A DNA stretch of 64,000 nt, taken from Deferribacterales bacterium. GTDB lineage: Bacteria; Chrysiogenota; Deferribacteres; Deferribacterales; Geovibrionaceae. Position numbers and translations under genes: made by a program. The notes below the pieces were generated by a model. It saw only the letters and a list, made by a program, of their open reading frames with translations, was not told where the DNA came from and ran no database searches. This document shows, one piece after another, positions 40,794 through 51,551 of the stretch. The stretch's first letter is position 1, and every line of letters begins with the position of its first letter. The DNA is taken from contig JBFWLW010000002.1 in NCBI GenBank assembly GCA_050251945.1, forward strand, positions 1-64,000, given 5' to 3'.

Positions 40794-41075
40794 ATGCAAC
40801 CGGAACTTACAAACAGAGCAGATATATCCGCACTGCTTAAAAATGACGGATACAAACTCATCAAGGGCTATGTGGAAGATATTGACATCGGGCATGTCAC
40901 AGCAAGTATGCAGATACGCTCCGGTCAGAGACTGGTCTCTCTTCTTCTGCCTGTGAAAGACGTAAAACTTTCAGGCGCCGAGGTGGGCAGACCCATCTAT
41001 TGCCTGATGAACGGCAAAGACGTTCTCGTTTTCCGCGATATCAACTACATGATGCGGAAGATACTGAATAAATAA
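40794..41075 (+). CDS. Degenerate TOBE/Mop-like protein
   Basis: IKGYVEDIDIGHVTASMQI..G..VG..DVLV resembles a TOBE fold; GGGGGA RBS; follows nifB. Confidence 0.6.
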   Translation: MQPELTNRADISALLKNDGYKLIKGYVEDIDIGHVTASMQIRSGQRLVSLLLPVKDVKLSGAEVGRPIYCLMNGKDVLVFRDINYMMRKILNK

Positions 41076-41076
41076 T

Positions 41077-41155
41077 AGACTGCCGCGTCAGCCTGAAGGC
41101 TTCCTCGCAGAGACGTTTTTGGTCTTCGCGAGGAGTAACAACGACGACGCGATCT
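41077..41155. repeat. REP-like doublet
   Basis: AGACTGCCGCG..CTCGCAGAGAC..GTCTTCGCGAG..GACGCGATCT. Confidence 0.75.
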
Positions 41156-41334
41156 GATAAAATGCAATGTTTGCGGGGCGTACAAAGAAGGTCTGTCACC
41201 CCCACAAAAGATTAATCTTCTTTGTACTTAGGAGGAGTGTTCTGTCCTCCGCCCCGCTTTTTTTTATTAATCAGTGGTTCATATAGTTGTTTTGTTGTAT
41301 ACTTGAGTATATGCCGAAATAGACGGGGTATACT

Positions 41335-43155
41335 TTGAAGGTGAAAAACAGAACTATCTACATGCTTGTGGGTATCATACTCATCATCACAGGTTTTTAC
41401 CTGTTCGACGAATGGTACCGCTATGAAAAGCATCTTCAGATCATCCGTCAGGAGCATATCTCCATTGTCACAAGATATTATGAGAACATACCAAAGCGCA
41501 CAACCGCAATTCTCAAGGCTTATGCAAACCTTATCGTAAACGATCATCACGTCATAGACGCGTACGCGGAAGGCAACAGAGAAGTTCTGAACGATCAGCT
41601 CAAACCCTATGTTGTTCTGCTTGAAAAATCATTTCCGGGTTCAGCCGTTGTGCTCACTTTCCATACAGCAGGCGGCAGAGTGTTTCTGAGAACCCTTGAC
41701 CCTAATAAATTCGGCGACAGAAGTACCGGCCACCGTCCGATGCTTAAAACAGTTCTTAAGACTGAAAAGCCCCTTTCAGGGCTGGAGGTCTGCACAAAAC
41801 TGCTGGGGCAAAGGTTTATGGCACCTGTAAAGCGCGGCGGTAAAGTCATTGGCGTTATGGAGGTCGGAGCGGATCTGAACTTCGTCGCACAAAGAGTAGC
41901 CGGCATCTCGAACATTAAAAGCGTGATAACAGTGAACAACGACGTCGCAAAGCTTCTGAACATGAAGACTGACGGACTTGATCAGACCGTTTATTTCAAC
42001 AACAGCAAGGTTCCTCTGGGACTGATGCTGGACGGTGAAAATCTGAAAGATTCGGTCAGCACACCGGACGGACGCTATGAAATAGTAAAAGGGTTTAAAC
42101 TTTACGACTATTCCGGAAAGAACGTCGGCAATTTCATATTCCTCTCAAAATCAGGCGGAATGGAAGAATGGATGCTGAACCATTTTTACAACGTGCTGAT
42201 AATCTGCACAGCGGGACTGATGCTAATCATTTATGTGGCGCGCAAAGGCTTTATAGATTCCATCGCGGAGCTTGAAAAAGAACATGAAACGGTGATGAAA
42301 CAGCTTAAAGATATCAACACCGGACTTGAGGACCGCATCCGCAAAGAGGTTGAAAACTGCCGCACAAAAGACCAGATAATTAATCAGCAGCAGAAGGTCG
42401 CGGATATGGGACTTATGCTCTCCGCCCTCGCCCACCACTGGCGGCAACCCATCAACGCAGTGGGTCTTTATGTGCAGGATCTGTCGGAAGCGTACAAAAG
42501 CGGCGAACTGAACACCCAGTATATCGAAGAATTCGAGAAGAAAAATATGAACCTGCTGAATAAACTCTCCGAATCCATCGACAAATACAGAACCTTCTTT
42601 GAACCCAGTGTGGAAAAGGAGAGCTTTGAGGTCATAGACATTCTGCGCGAGATAGGCGAAATCCTCAGCGCCACACTGGCAACACAGAATATTAAACTGA
42701 TGGTAAGCTGTAAATGCGCCCAGAAGGAATTCGATTGTATATTCCTTGAACGGATGCCGGAATGCGAATTCGGGAACACACGTATAACAGGGTTCCTGAA
42801 CGAGTTCAAGCAGACACTCCTGAATATAATATACAACTCTGTGGACGCCATACGCACAAGGTACGCGGAAGAGAACGAATCTCCCGACGGACTTATCATG
42901 ATAAATTTAGGCATAGAGGGTGAAATAATAAGGATAACCGTTACAGACAACGGAACGGGTATACCCGACGACGTTATAGACAAGATATTCAACCCATTCT
43001 TTACAACCAAGGAAGCGGGCAAAGGAACCGGCATCGGTCTTTACATGGCAAAGACCGTCATAGAAAAATATATGTGCGGCAGTTTGTCCGCAAGAAACAA
43101 CGGAAGGGGGGTCACCATGGAGATCACTCTGCACAAAAACGCCCACTGCTTGTAA
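41335..43155 (+). CDS. Sensor histidine kinase with periplasmic double-Cache-like domain
   Basis: 2 TM, VFLR..P.KFGD, AHHWRQP H-box, DNGTG, GTGIGL; start codon uncertain. Confidence 0.88.
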   Translation: MKVKNRTIYMLVGIILIITGFYLFDEWYRYEKHLQIIRQEHISIVTRYYENIPKRTTAILKAYANLIVNDHHVIDAYAEGNREVLNDQLKPYVVLLEKSFPGSAVVLTFHTAGGRVFLRTLDPNKFGDRSTGHRPMLKTVLKTEKPLSGLEVCTKLLGQRFMAPVKRGGKVIGVMEVGADLNFVAQRVAGISNIKSVITVNNDVAKLLNMKTDGLDQTVYFNNSKVPLGLMLDGENLKDSVSTPDGRYEIVKGFKLYDYSGKNVGNFIFLSKSGGMEEWMLNHFYNVLIICTAGLMLIIYVARKGFIDSIAELEKEHETVMKQLKDINTGLEDRIRKEVENCRTKDQIINQQQKVADMGLMLSALAHHWRQPINAVGLYVQDLSEAYKSGELNTQYIEEFEKKNMNLLNKLSESIDKYRTFFEPSVEKESFEVIDILREIGEILSATLATQNIKLMVSCKCAQKEFDCIFLERMPECEFGNTRITGFLNEFKQTLLNIIYNSVDAIRTRYAEENESPDGLIMINLGIEGEIIRITVTDNGTGIPDDVIDKIFNPFFTTKEAGKGTGIGLYMAKTVIEKYMCGSLSARNNGRGVTMEITLHKNAHCL

Positions 43156-43239
43156 TTTTTCGGTCAGAATATTAAAAAAACCTTTTCTTATTTCAAAATC
43201 TGTTGAATACTGGCAGGTTCAAATTTTTTCAGGTGTAAA

Positions 43240-45069
43240 ATGTCAAAACAAAGAAACGAGAAGCTAAGAAATATAGCTATCATTGCTCACGTTGACCACG
43301 GCAAAACGACGCTGGTCGACACACTGTTCAAACAAAGCGGACTTTTCCGCGAGGAACAGCAGGTTGAAGACAGGCTCATGGACAGCATGGACCTCGAGCG
43401 CGAAAGAGGTATCACCATCTCCGCAAAAAACTGCGCAGTGCGCTGGGGCGACGTTAAGATAAATATCCTCGACACCCCCGGTCACGCCGATTTCGGCGGC
43501 GAAGTTGAGCGTGCACTCTCTATGGTTGACGGTGCGATACTCCTTGTGGACGCTTCCGAAGGTCCCCTGCCCCAGACAAGATTCGTCCTCGGAAAAGCTT
43601 TTGAGGCGGGACTTAAAATTATCGTGGTGGTGAACAAGATCGACCGTCAGGATGCAAGACCGAACGAAGTTCTGAACGAGGTATACGACCTGTTCATCGA
43701 TCTGGGCGCTGATGATGAGCAGATAGAATTCCCCGTTTACTATGCCATAGGACGCGAAGGTATCTGCCAGAAAACCCTTGAAGAGCGCGGAACAGACATG
43801 AAACCGCTGTTTGAGGCTATCGTTAACGAGATACCCGCTCCCGAATTCGACGACGAGGAACCTTTCCAGATGCTCGTCAGCGACCTCGGCTATTCCGACT
43901 ACCTCGGAAGGCTTGCCGTCGGTAAGGTTATCAACGGCTCTGCTAAGGCGAACGAATCCCTTGTCCGCATAGGCGCTGAGAACACAGCATCTCTGCGTGT
44001 AAGCAAACTTCAGATATACGAAGGTCTCGGTACGAAAGAAGTGGACTTTGCCGAACCCGGCGAAATAGTCGTTCTCTCCGGTATCGAGGACATCGCAATA
44101 GGCGACACCATCTGTACGAAAGAATCACCCAAGGCGCTGCCCAGAATCACCGTGGACGAACCCACAGTGTCCATGAAGTTCAGCCCCAACACAGGTCCCC
44201 TTGCAGGGCGTGAGGGCAAGCTGGTGCAGTCTAACAGGATAAAAGAGAGACTTATTAAGGAAACACTTAAAAACGTCGCTATTAAAGTTGAAGAAAGCCC
44301 CGACAAAGAGAGCTATATCGTCAAGGGACGCGGCGAATTCCAGATGGCTATTCTTCTTGAAACCATGCGCCGCGAAGGTTTTGAAGTATGCGTCGGCAGA
44401 CCCGAAGTTATCTGCAAAACCATAGACGGCGAACTCTGCGAACCCATCGAACACCTCTTCATCGACTGCGAAGAGATTTTCGTCGGAGTTATAACCGAAA
44501 AACTCTCCATCCGCAAAGGACGTATGATAAACCTTATTAACAACGGAACCGGAAGAGCAAGAATAGAATTCTCAATCCCCAGCCGCGGACTTATCGGATA
44601 CCGTGACGAATTCCTTTCCGACACCAAAGGCACAGGAATCATGAACTCGCTCCTGCTTGGATACGAACCCCACAGAGGAGACATACCCAGCAGATTCACA
44701 GGCTCTATAGTTGCCGACCGCGCGGGTAAAGGCGTTGCTTACGGTCTTTTCCACCTCGAACCAAGAGGCACCCTGTTCATAGTTGCCGGTGACGTGGTTT
44801 ATGAAGGTATGATCATCGGTGAATACAACAAGGATAACGACCTGAACGCCAACCCCTGCAAAGAGAAAAAACTTACAAACATGAGAGCATCAGGAAAGGA
44901 CGAGGCTATCATCCTTACCCCTGTCCCCCCTTTGACGCTCGAAAAAGCGATACATTTCCTCGCTGACGACGAGATGGTTGAGGTTACGCCGAAATCCATC
45001 AGACTTCGCAAAAAGATACTTTCCGCGCAGGAAAGACACACAGCCAGAGGAAAATCTCTCGGTAAATAA
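43240..45069 (+). CDS. typA: Translational GTPase TypA/BipA
   Basis: [50 protein letters not shown]. Confidence 0.97.
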   Translation: MSKQRNEKLRNIAIIAHVDHGKTTLVDTLFKQSGLFREEQQVEDRLMDSMDLERERGITISAKNCAVRWGDVKINILDTPGHADFGGEVERALSMVDGAILLVDASEGPLPQTRFVLGKAFEAGLKIIVVVNKIDRQDARPNEVLNEVYDLFIDLGADDEQIEFPVYYAIGREGICQKTLEERGTDMKPLFEAIVNEIPAPEFDDEEPFQMLVSDLGYSDYLGRLAVGKVINGSAKANESLVRIGAENTASLRVSKLQIYEGLGTKEVDFAEPGEIVVLSGIEDIAIGDTICTKESPKALPRITVDEPTVSMKFSPNTGPLAGREGKLVQSNRIKERLIKETLKNVAIKVEESPDKESYIVKGRGEFQMAILLETMRREGFEVCVGRPEVICKTIDGELCEPIEHLFIDCEEIFVGVITEKLSIRKGRMINLINNGTGRARIEFSIPSRGLIGYRDEFLSDTKGTGIMNSLLLGYEPHRGDIPSRFTGSIVADRAGKGVAYGLFHLEPRGTLFIVAGDVVYEGMIIGEYNKDNDLNANPCKEKKLTNMRASGKDEAIILTPVPPLTLEKAIHFLADDEMVEVTPKSIRLRKKILSAQERHTARGKSLGK

Positions 45070-45075
45070 CATAAA

Positions 45076-45435
45076 GGCGGTCAATTGACCGCCGCAGACT
45101 GATGATAAATTGGATTTTACGCTCCTCTCTCCCCCTTTAGAAAAGGGGGATTAAGGGGGATTTTGATTAAATATCAATCAAATCCACCCCGACCCTCCTT
45201 TTGCTAAAGGAGGGAGAAAAATGAAAATTATGACTTAGTCAACAACCAAAGGCGGTCAATTGACCGCCTTTGGTTGTTGACAAACTAAAGATTTATATAA
45301 AACGATTAGACTGCTTCGGTCTAAAGCCCTCGCAGAGATAGGTTTTTCTTTCCGTCTTCGCGAGAAGCACAGCGACGACGCGATCTGGTCTTTTCTCTTC
45401 TTTGTCATCAGTCTGAGGCGGTCAAGCGACCGCCT
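45076..45435. mobile_element. Two back-to-back MITE-like cassettes between three hairpin copies
   Basis: Hairpins at 45076-45093, 45251-45268 and 45416-45435; perfect 44-bp palindrome 45238-45281; different cargo in each cassette. Confidence 0.75.
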
Positions 45436-45450
45436 TTTTTTAATCACTTT

Positions 45451-46989
45451 TTAATCGTGTCCGCAGGGAAGGAAGCGGAAAACAAAACATTTTCCGTTGG
45501 TGTCGTCGAAGAACAGGTCTCCGCCGTCGAAATTAGGCGCGAGATTCTGTGCGGTGAAAAGCCCTATTCCTTTGCCGGCTCCGCAGCCCTTGGTTGAAAA
45601 ATACGGCTCGAACAGCCTGGCTTTCACATCAAAGTCAATGGGCATACCGTTGTCGCATATCTCTATCTGGGCATACTCGCCTTTTTTCACAAACCGGACA
45701 GTGATGAGTTTCTCTTCGCCATGTGGTTTCTCAATAAGGCAGTCGTATGAATTTTTCAGCAGTATCAGTAAAATCTGTTTGAACATGGATTCTTCGCCGT
45801 AAACGTAGACGTGGCTGAATCCGCATACGTCGTCGCAAAAGAACCGCCCGCGTCCGCAGGAGTGGAACAGATTTTCCTCTTCGGTCATCTGTATATCCTC
45901 GTGATCCCCGCCCATGGTGCAGACGACATAGACCTCTATACCCACGGACTCAAACTCCGGACGGAGCAGTTTCAAAGTGTCGAACGCCATCTCCTTGACA
46001 TCCATCCTGACCTTATTCTCCGCTTTCACAGCGGATGTGAAAAGGTCGATGGTCTCGCTCATCTCGCGCACTATTCTGATGGCATGAACTGCCGCATCTT
46101 CCTCTTCCTTTCTGGTGTTTGCCACCTGAATGGTCTGTATCAGAAGTCCTATGTTGTTAAGAGGCTGCCGCCAATGGTGGGCTACCATACGAAGTATCTC
46201 GTTTATAGATGAGCTGCGGGTTTTGTGTATAAGCGCCGCCTCGCTCATCTCCCTGCGCTGCATCTCGATTTCAAGTTCGGCTATATTTTTAAGTTTTTCA
46301 TGCCATGCCTTTTTCAGTTCACGGCTGGAAAGCACAATGAGCCTTATGACCAAAGCCGTCACCAGCAGATAAGCCAATATTGTCAGAAGTGTAAAGCCGA
46401 GTTGTCTGTTGTGTTCTCCGGCAACCGGAAAACTCACGCTTATGGCACCGCGTATATCTCCGATTTTGTAATTGGCGTATTCATGACATTTCAGGCAGCT
46501 GCTGTTTATCAAAAGCGGACTCATGTACTCGAAACGGATGTTATGGAAATTAGTATATTCCAGTCCGGAATACTCCTTATCACCTGCACGGATGGCTTTG
46601 AATCCCCGCCTTTCCCATTCGGCGGGAGCGTTCAGGGGATTAATCGGTTTGTCGCTTATCAGTCTGAAATTCATACCCGTAGCAACGTTGAGTTCTTTAG
46701 ACGACATACGCATCATATATGCGGGATTTATCCTTGTGAGACTAAGTCCCTCATCGGTGCGCTCTTTGTTTGTGTCTGAATGATCCTTTATACCGGAAAT
46801 GTTTTCTGAAGGAGCATAGATGGTGCCGACCTCTGCGCTCCAATAGCCGAATGCACGGTTGACATCGGCGATATCCCTTGCTTTATTAAGAACGCTGGTG
46901 CGAAAATTGGAATAACCTTGATACAATTCATAGCAGGAAAGGAGCACAAAGAAAACTAACGTTATGATTACAAAAGGATATTTATTCAT
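45451..46989 (-). CDS. Sensor histidine kinase with heme c (DUF3365) sensor domain
   Basis: NPAYMMR, KPINPLNAP.EWE, CLKCH, GDIRGAISV; AHHWRQP; GKGIGL. Confidence 0.88.
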   Translation of the reverse strand: MNKYPFVIITLVFFVLLSCYELYQGYSNFRTSVLNKARDIADVNRAFGYWSAEVGTIYAPSENISGIKDHSDTNKERTDEGLSLTRINPAYMMRMSSKELNVATGMNFRLISDKPINPLNAPAEWERRGFKAIRAGDKEYSGLEYTNFHNIRFEYMSPLLINSSCLKCHEYANYKIGDIRGAISVSFPVAGEHNRQLGFTLLTILAYLLVTALVIRLIVLSSRELKKAWHEKLKNIAELEIEMQRREMSEAALIHKTRSSSINEILRMVAHHWRQPLNNIGLLIQTIQVANTRKEEEDAAVHAIRIVREMSETIDLFTSAVKAENKVRMDVKEMAFDTLKLLRPEFESVGIEVYVVCTMGGDHEDIQMTEEENLFHSCGRGRFFCDDVCGFSHVYVYGEESMFKQILLILLKNSYDCLIEKPHGEEKLITVRFVKKGEYAQIEICDNGMPIDFDVKARLFEPYFSTKGCGAGKGIGLFTAQNLAPNFDGGDLFFDDTNGKCFVFRFLPCGHD

Positions 46990-47239
46990 CTGCGATGGTT
47001 CCGCTTCCCTTTAAAACGGGACTCTTACGCCCCATTGCTGACATTAATTAATAATATTAGAATCTATGGTCTAAAGCAACACGCATTTTGAACAAAGTTT
47101 TCCATATTTTGAACGAATTTTCTCCTTATCCATAGTATAAACATAATTGTTTCAAATCATGCACACAACCTGAGACTATATTATATCATGTCGCAGACCC
47201 GTTCTCTCGCTGCTCCTATCTAGACAATGGAGGGATAGA

Positions 47240-47851
47240 ATGAGTATCAGCAGCATAAACAGCCAGAGTTCCGCCCTTTACAGCTATGCCCAGAGCAAGC
47301 TCTCTTCGGCAAAACAGCAGGAAAACGGCGCGGAATCTTTCTTCAGCAAGGTTGACACAAGTCAGGACGGGACAGTAGACAAGAGTGAACTCCTTGCACT
47401 GGTAGACGACATTACGTCCAAAACAGGACAGGATGTGGACACAGAGTCCCTTTTCAGCGAGTATGACACGGACGGTGACGGAAGTTTCAGCGATGATGAA
47501 CTCCAAAGCCTTATGCAGTCGGAAGACCTAAAGCCGAAAGGCGCACCCATGGGACCTCCTCCGGCGCAAGAGGATGAGGACGAAAACAGCGACTACAGCT
47601 CTGAGAGCATTATAAGTCTGCTGACTTCCATACAGAACAGCCTCTCGGCTCTGCTTTCAGCAGAAGATACCGAAAGCTCGTCCGATTCGTACTTTGACAG
47701 CAGCAGTGACTCCGGTACAACAGATTACCTTAGTATGCTCCAGTCGCTTCAATCCGACGATTCGGATGAGACAACAGAAACCGCATACTACCAAAGCACA
47801 ATTGATAAACTCCTTCAGGGATTGTATTCACAGAATTCCTTTGAGGCGTAA
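47240..47851 (+). CDS. Acidic Ser/Asp-rich EF-hand protein
   Basis: Loops DTSQDGTVDKSE and DTDGDGSFSDDE, GPPP linker, GGAGGG RBS. Confidence 0.85.
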   Translation: MSISSINSQSSALYSYAQSKLSSAKQQENGAESFFSKVDTSQDGTVDKSELLALVDDITSKTGQDVDTESLFSEYDTDGDGSFSDDELQSLMQSEDLKPKGAPMGPPPAQEDEDENSDYSSESIISLLTSIQNSLSALLSAEDTESSSDSYFDSSSDSGTTDYLSMLQSLQSDDSDETTETAYYQSTIDKLLQGLYSQNSFEA

Positions 47852-47896
47852 TAACTGAGAAACAGCAGGGAGAATGGTCTGAGACGTTACACAAAT

Positions 47897-47924
47897 GAAA
47901 AAGCGGCTCTTCAGCCGCTTTTTC
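47897..47924 (+). terminator. Intrinsic terminator
   Basis: GAAAAAGCGGCT-CTTC-AGCCGCTTTTTC. Confidence 0.8.
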
Positions 47925-48104
47925 TAAGGCGTGCAAGGAGTACTTTTTAAAGGAGGTTATAAAAGGTATCGTTACCTTTTTCCTTTCAAAAAGGATAACA
48001 CAAGATTATGGATAAAATATGAAGAAAATGTGTATTTGAACGTCCGTTTATATTTTTTTATTGGATTTTGCTGATCCGCAGAGCTATCTTATATCAGGTG
48101 ATAC

Positions 48105-49574
48105 ATGAAAATAAGGCTTTTCTATAAAATATTCGCTTTAACTCTGGTTACAGTAGTCGTAAGTATGTCCATCATGATACTCATGGTGGGTTATTTCGGC
48201 TATTTTAATTTCAGAGAGTATCTCATTAAGTCAAAAATACAGGAATTATCGTGGCTTACTGATAAACTGGGTGAATATTACGAAACCCACGGCAGCTTCG
48301 ACGAAATTAAGCAGGTAATGGAAAACCCTGGCAGGGCAATGACCTTCGCTCCACCGCCTCCGCCTCCCCCAGGTTTTGATGATAAAGGTCACAAAAATAC
48401 ACCTGGCGATGATATAGAGATGCTGAAAAAGATCTTTCTCACAAAAGACAATAAGCTCAACGTGGCGTCTTTCATCCATTTCAGACCCTTCCTGACAATG
48501 CTGGACGTGAATAAGAAGGTAATTGTCGGTAAAGAATATAGCAGAAATAAAGATGAGTTCGTTTTGATGTCCATCGAAGCACATGAAAAAACCGTAGGTT
48601 ATTTGGGTGTAAGGAAACCGCCGCAGGTTACACACCCCCTTGCTATCGGTTTTTTGCGTCAGCAGCTCAGTATGATGCTTTTCTGCGCGCTTATCATAAT
48701 AGTTCTGACAGGCTTTCTCTCATGGCTTTTTGCTAAAAGGCTGCTGGCACCGGTACCTATGCTGATAAACGCAACACGGAAGCTGGCTTCAAGAGATTTT
48801 ACGGTGGATATTCAGCAGATGTCCAACGACGAACTTGGCGACCTTGCGCTGAATTTCCGCAAAATGGCAAATAATCTCAGCATGTACGAGAAAAAACAGA
48901 ACCGCTGGATATCCGACATATCGCACGAATTGCGTACACCGCTGTCTGTTCTTCTGGGTAATATTGAGGCGATGCAGGACGGCGTAAGAAATACTGACAC
49001 TGAAACACTGAACATTCTTCACAGTGAAGTGTCAAGGTTAATAAAGTTGGTAAATGAACTCCATGAGATAACCATGGCGGAATCCGACAATATGCAGTTC
49101 AACTTCGTTCCAATCAATGTACGTCAGATAGTTGAGGATACTGTAGACCTTTATAAAAGCCGCGCGGAAGAGTTCGGTTTTCAGCTGCGGACAATGATAA
49201 AGTGCAGCGGCAAGCTTATACGCGCCGATGTTTCGAGACTCAGGCAGGTTCTTATAAACATTATGGAGAACTCTTTGAAACACGGTAAAAGTCCGGGCAT
49301 AATCTTCATTTCCTGTGTCGAAAATGAAAACGGCGTAGGGATAACCATTGAAGACACAGGTCCGGGGGTTTCAGAAGGGCAGCTTTGCATGCTTTTCGAC
49401 AGGCTCTACCGCTCCGACACTTCAAGAAACAGACAGACAGGAGGCAGCGGGCTTGGGCTTGCCATATGCAAATATATTATTGAAAAACACAGAGGCACCA
49501 TACAGGCCGTAAGCGGCAGCATGGGCGGTCTCAGAATTGAAATAAATCTCCCCGAAGAGGATAAACATGAATAA
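48105..49574 (+). CDS. BaeS-like sensor kinase
   Basis: HAMP, DISHELRTPL, LFDRLYR.DTSRNR.TGGSGLGL. Confidence 0.88.
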   Translation: MKIRLFYKIFALTLVTVVVSMSIMILMVGYFGYFNFREYLIKSKIQELSWLTDKLGEYYETHGSFDEIKQVMENPGRAMTFAPPPPPPPGFDDKGHKNTPGDDIEMLKKIFLTKDNKLNVASFIHFRPFLTMLDVNKKVIVGKEYSRNKDEFVLMSIEAHEKTVGYLGVRKPPQVTHPLAIGFLRQQLSMMLFCALIIIVLTGFLSWLFAKRLLAPVPMLINATRKLASRDFTVDIQQMSNDELGDLALNFRKMANNLSMYEKKQNRWISDISHELRTPLSVLLGNIEAMQDGVRNTDTETLNILHSEVSRLIKLVNELHEITMAESDNMQFNFVPINVRQIVEDTVDLYKSRAEEFGFQLRTMIKCSGKLIRADVSRLRQVLINIMENSLKHGKSPGIIFISCVENENGVGITIEDTGPGVSEGQLCMLFDRLYRSDTSRNRQTGGSGLGLAICKYIIEKHRGTIQAVSGSMGGLRIEINLPEEDKHE

Positions 49575-50247
49575 GAAAGTGCTTATTATTGAAGACGAAT
49601 CTCAGATAGCATCTATCCTGCAGGACTACTTTCAACAATCCGGATTCGAGGTGCATACTCTGGATTCCGGTGCAAAGGCGGTGGACACAATAAAAAGGCT
49701 GGTGCCGGACGCCGTTATTCTTGACCTTATGCTGCCGGACACGGACGGGTTGGAAATTTGCAGACAGGTTCGCAAATTTTCAAACGTACCGATGCTCATA
49801 GCAACGGCAAAGGTTGAGGAAATTGACAGGCTGATCGGTCTGGAGCTGGGCGCAGACGACTACATCTGCAAGCCCTACAGCCCCAGAGAGGTCGTTGCAA
49901 GAGTGAAAGCAGTTCTTCGCAGGCTCACCCCGGAAGCAGCGGAAGATGTTCTTACGGCGGGTCCTGTGGTCATACAGCCGTCAAAATATCAGGTGACTGT
50001 CAACGGCAATGATCTGACGCTCACCAGAAGCGAATTTGAACTCCTTTACATCATGGCGAAACAGCCCGGCAGAGTTTTTTCCAGAACGGACCTGATAGCC
50101 AACGTTCACGGTTATGAATTTGAAGGCTATGAGCGCACTATCGACAGCCACGTTAAAAACCTGCGCAAAAAAATATCCGCAGTGCTTAACGACAAGGACG
50201 TGATACAGACCGTCTACGGAGTCGGCTACAAATTTGAAACCATATAA
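49567..50247 (+). CDS. BaeR-like OmpR-family response regulator
   Basis: DLMLP, GADDYICKPYSPREVVARV, DSHVKNLRKK, VYGVGY. Confidence 0.9.
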   Translation: MNKKVLIIEDESQIASILQDYFQQSGFEVHTLDSGAKAVDTIKRLVPDAVILDLMLPDTDGLEICRQVRKFSNVPMLIATAKVEEIDRLIGLELGADDYICKPYSPREVVARVKAVLRRLTPEAAEDVLTAGPVVIQPSKYQVTVNGNDLTLTRSEFELLYIMAKQPGRVFSRTDLIANVHGYEFEGYERTIDSHVKNLRKKISAVLNDKDVIQTVYGVGYKFETI

Positions 50248-50284
50248 GTTGTTCTTTGAAAGGCTCTGCTCATAACAGAGCCTT

Positions 50285-50507
50285 CAGACAGATAACAAAG
50301 GTTTATAAAGACGAGATTGCTTCGCTTTATTCGACAAATAGTTTAAAGTGGACTCATTCAGCCTTCGGCTAGTGCTCGCAAAGACGAAAAGAAAAAAACC
50401 GTCTCTGCGAGGAGCAGGCGACACCAGCCGCAGGCTGAACGAGCCGCTTGCCGTGAGCTAAAGCAGTCTCATTGGGTTTCATCAAAATTGAGTTTGTCAA
50501 CAACCTG
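50285..50507. mobile_element. MITE-like cassette with a perfect 25-bp flanking direct repeat
   Basis: AAGGCTCTGCTCATAACAGAGCCTT at 50260-50284 and 50508-50532. Confidence 0.8.
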
Positions 50508-50553
50508 AAGGCTCTGCTCATAACAGAGCCTTTTTTCTGTTACCCTGAATTTT

Positions 50554-50623
50554 ATTTAGGTACCTAAATTTATCTATTGACTTTGATCATCTCTCCCCTT
50601 ATTTTTTATTAAGGTACCTAAAC
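50554..50623. promoter_or_regulatory. Two palindromic operators flanking the marR promoter
   Basis: ATTTAGGTACCTAAAT (50554-50569, perfect) and ATTAAGGTACCTAAAC (50608-50623) around TTGACT-N17-TATTTT. Confidence 0.75.
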
Positions 50624-50642
50624 TAAATCACGAGGTAAAATA

Positions 50643-51221
50643 GTGAATAAAAATTCTGGCAAAATACTTTCAGGTTTCATCCGTCTTTCAAGGCTGGTAC
50701 ACAGAGAAAGCCACAAACACGCACACGAGATGCACGATCACAGAATGCATCACGGGCAGGGACATCTGCTTTCGCTCATAGCAGAAAACAGCGGAGCGAA
50801 ACAGTCCGAACTCGCTGAAATACTTGATATGCGTCCGTCATCTATGACAGAAATGCTTCTTAAACTTGAACAATCTGAACTTATTGAACGAAAGCAGGAC
50901 GAAAAGGATCAGCGCGTTATGCGAGTCTGTCTGACAGAGAAGGGTGAAAAAGCCCTCAAGGCATCAAAAGCGGCAATAGTTGAAATGTCGGACGCTGTTT
51001 TCGGTTCGCTCACAGAAGAGGAACAGGCACAGTTTCTCATGCTGATGGACAAACTTACTGCAAATCTTGAAGATAAGGTCGGTAATCTTAATTCTGAGGA
51101 TCATATCGGACATCACCATGGAGGTCGCTGCGGACACAGAAATCATGCCATGCATCAGGCAGGGGAAAACGGTATGGGAATTCTCCACAGACAATGCAGA
51201 AGGGAAAGGGAAAAAGAATGA
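50643..51221 (+). CDS. MarR family regulator with His-rich segments
   Basis: QSELAEILDMRPSSMTEML.KLE, DEKDQRV..V.LTEKG; GTG start. Confidence 0.9.
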   Translation: MNKNSGKILSGFIRLSRLVHRESHKHAHEMHDHRMHHGQGHLLSLIAENSGAKQSELAEILDMRPSSMTEMLLKLEQSELIERKQDEKDQRVMRVCLTEKGEKALKASKAAIVEMSDAVFGSLTEEEQAQFLMLMDKLTANLEDKVGNLNSEDHIGHHHGGRCGHRNHAMHQAGENGMGILHRQCRREREKE

Positions 51222-51499
51222 GTGTGATTATAACAGACAGCTGCACTGCATGCGGCAAATGCATGAAACAATGTCCTGCCGGAGCTATTATGAAATCGGC
51301 GGAAGGTTATGCAATTGACACAGGTAAATGCACCTTATGCGGGTTATGCATTGATATTTGTCCGGCAGGTGCAATCATGAGAACAGCCGGGGACACAAAA
51401 CAACCGACTGCAAAACACATCAGAAGGCGCCGCGGTCAAAAAATACACTACAGAAATGGAAGTTTTCTTTCAAGACTTGTTCACAGACTTCATCTTTAA
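51218..51499 (+). CDS. 2x[4Fe-4S] ferredoxin with a basic C-terminal tail
   Basis: CTACGKCMKQCP and CTLCGLCIDICP. Confidence 0.88.
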   Translation: MSVIITDSCTACGKCMKQCPAGAIMKSAEGYAIDTGKCTLCGLCIDICPAGAIMRTAGDTKQPTAKHIRRRRGQKIHYRNGSFLSRLVHRLHL

Positions 51500-51551
51500 T
51501 GCCGGGGTTAGTATATAACCCCGACAAAAAAAACGGGAAACGAAATACAGG

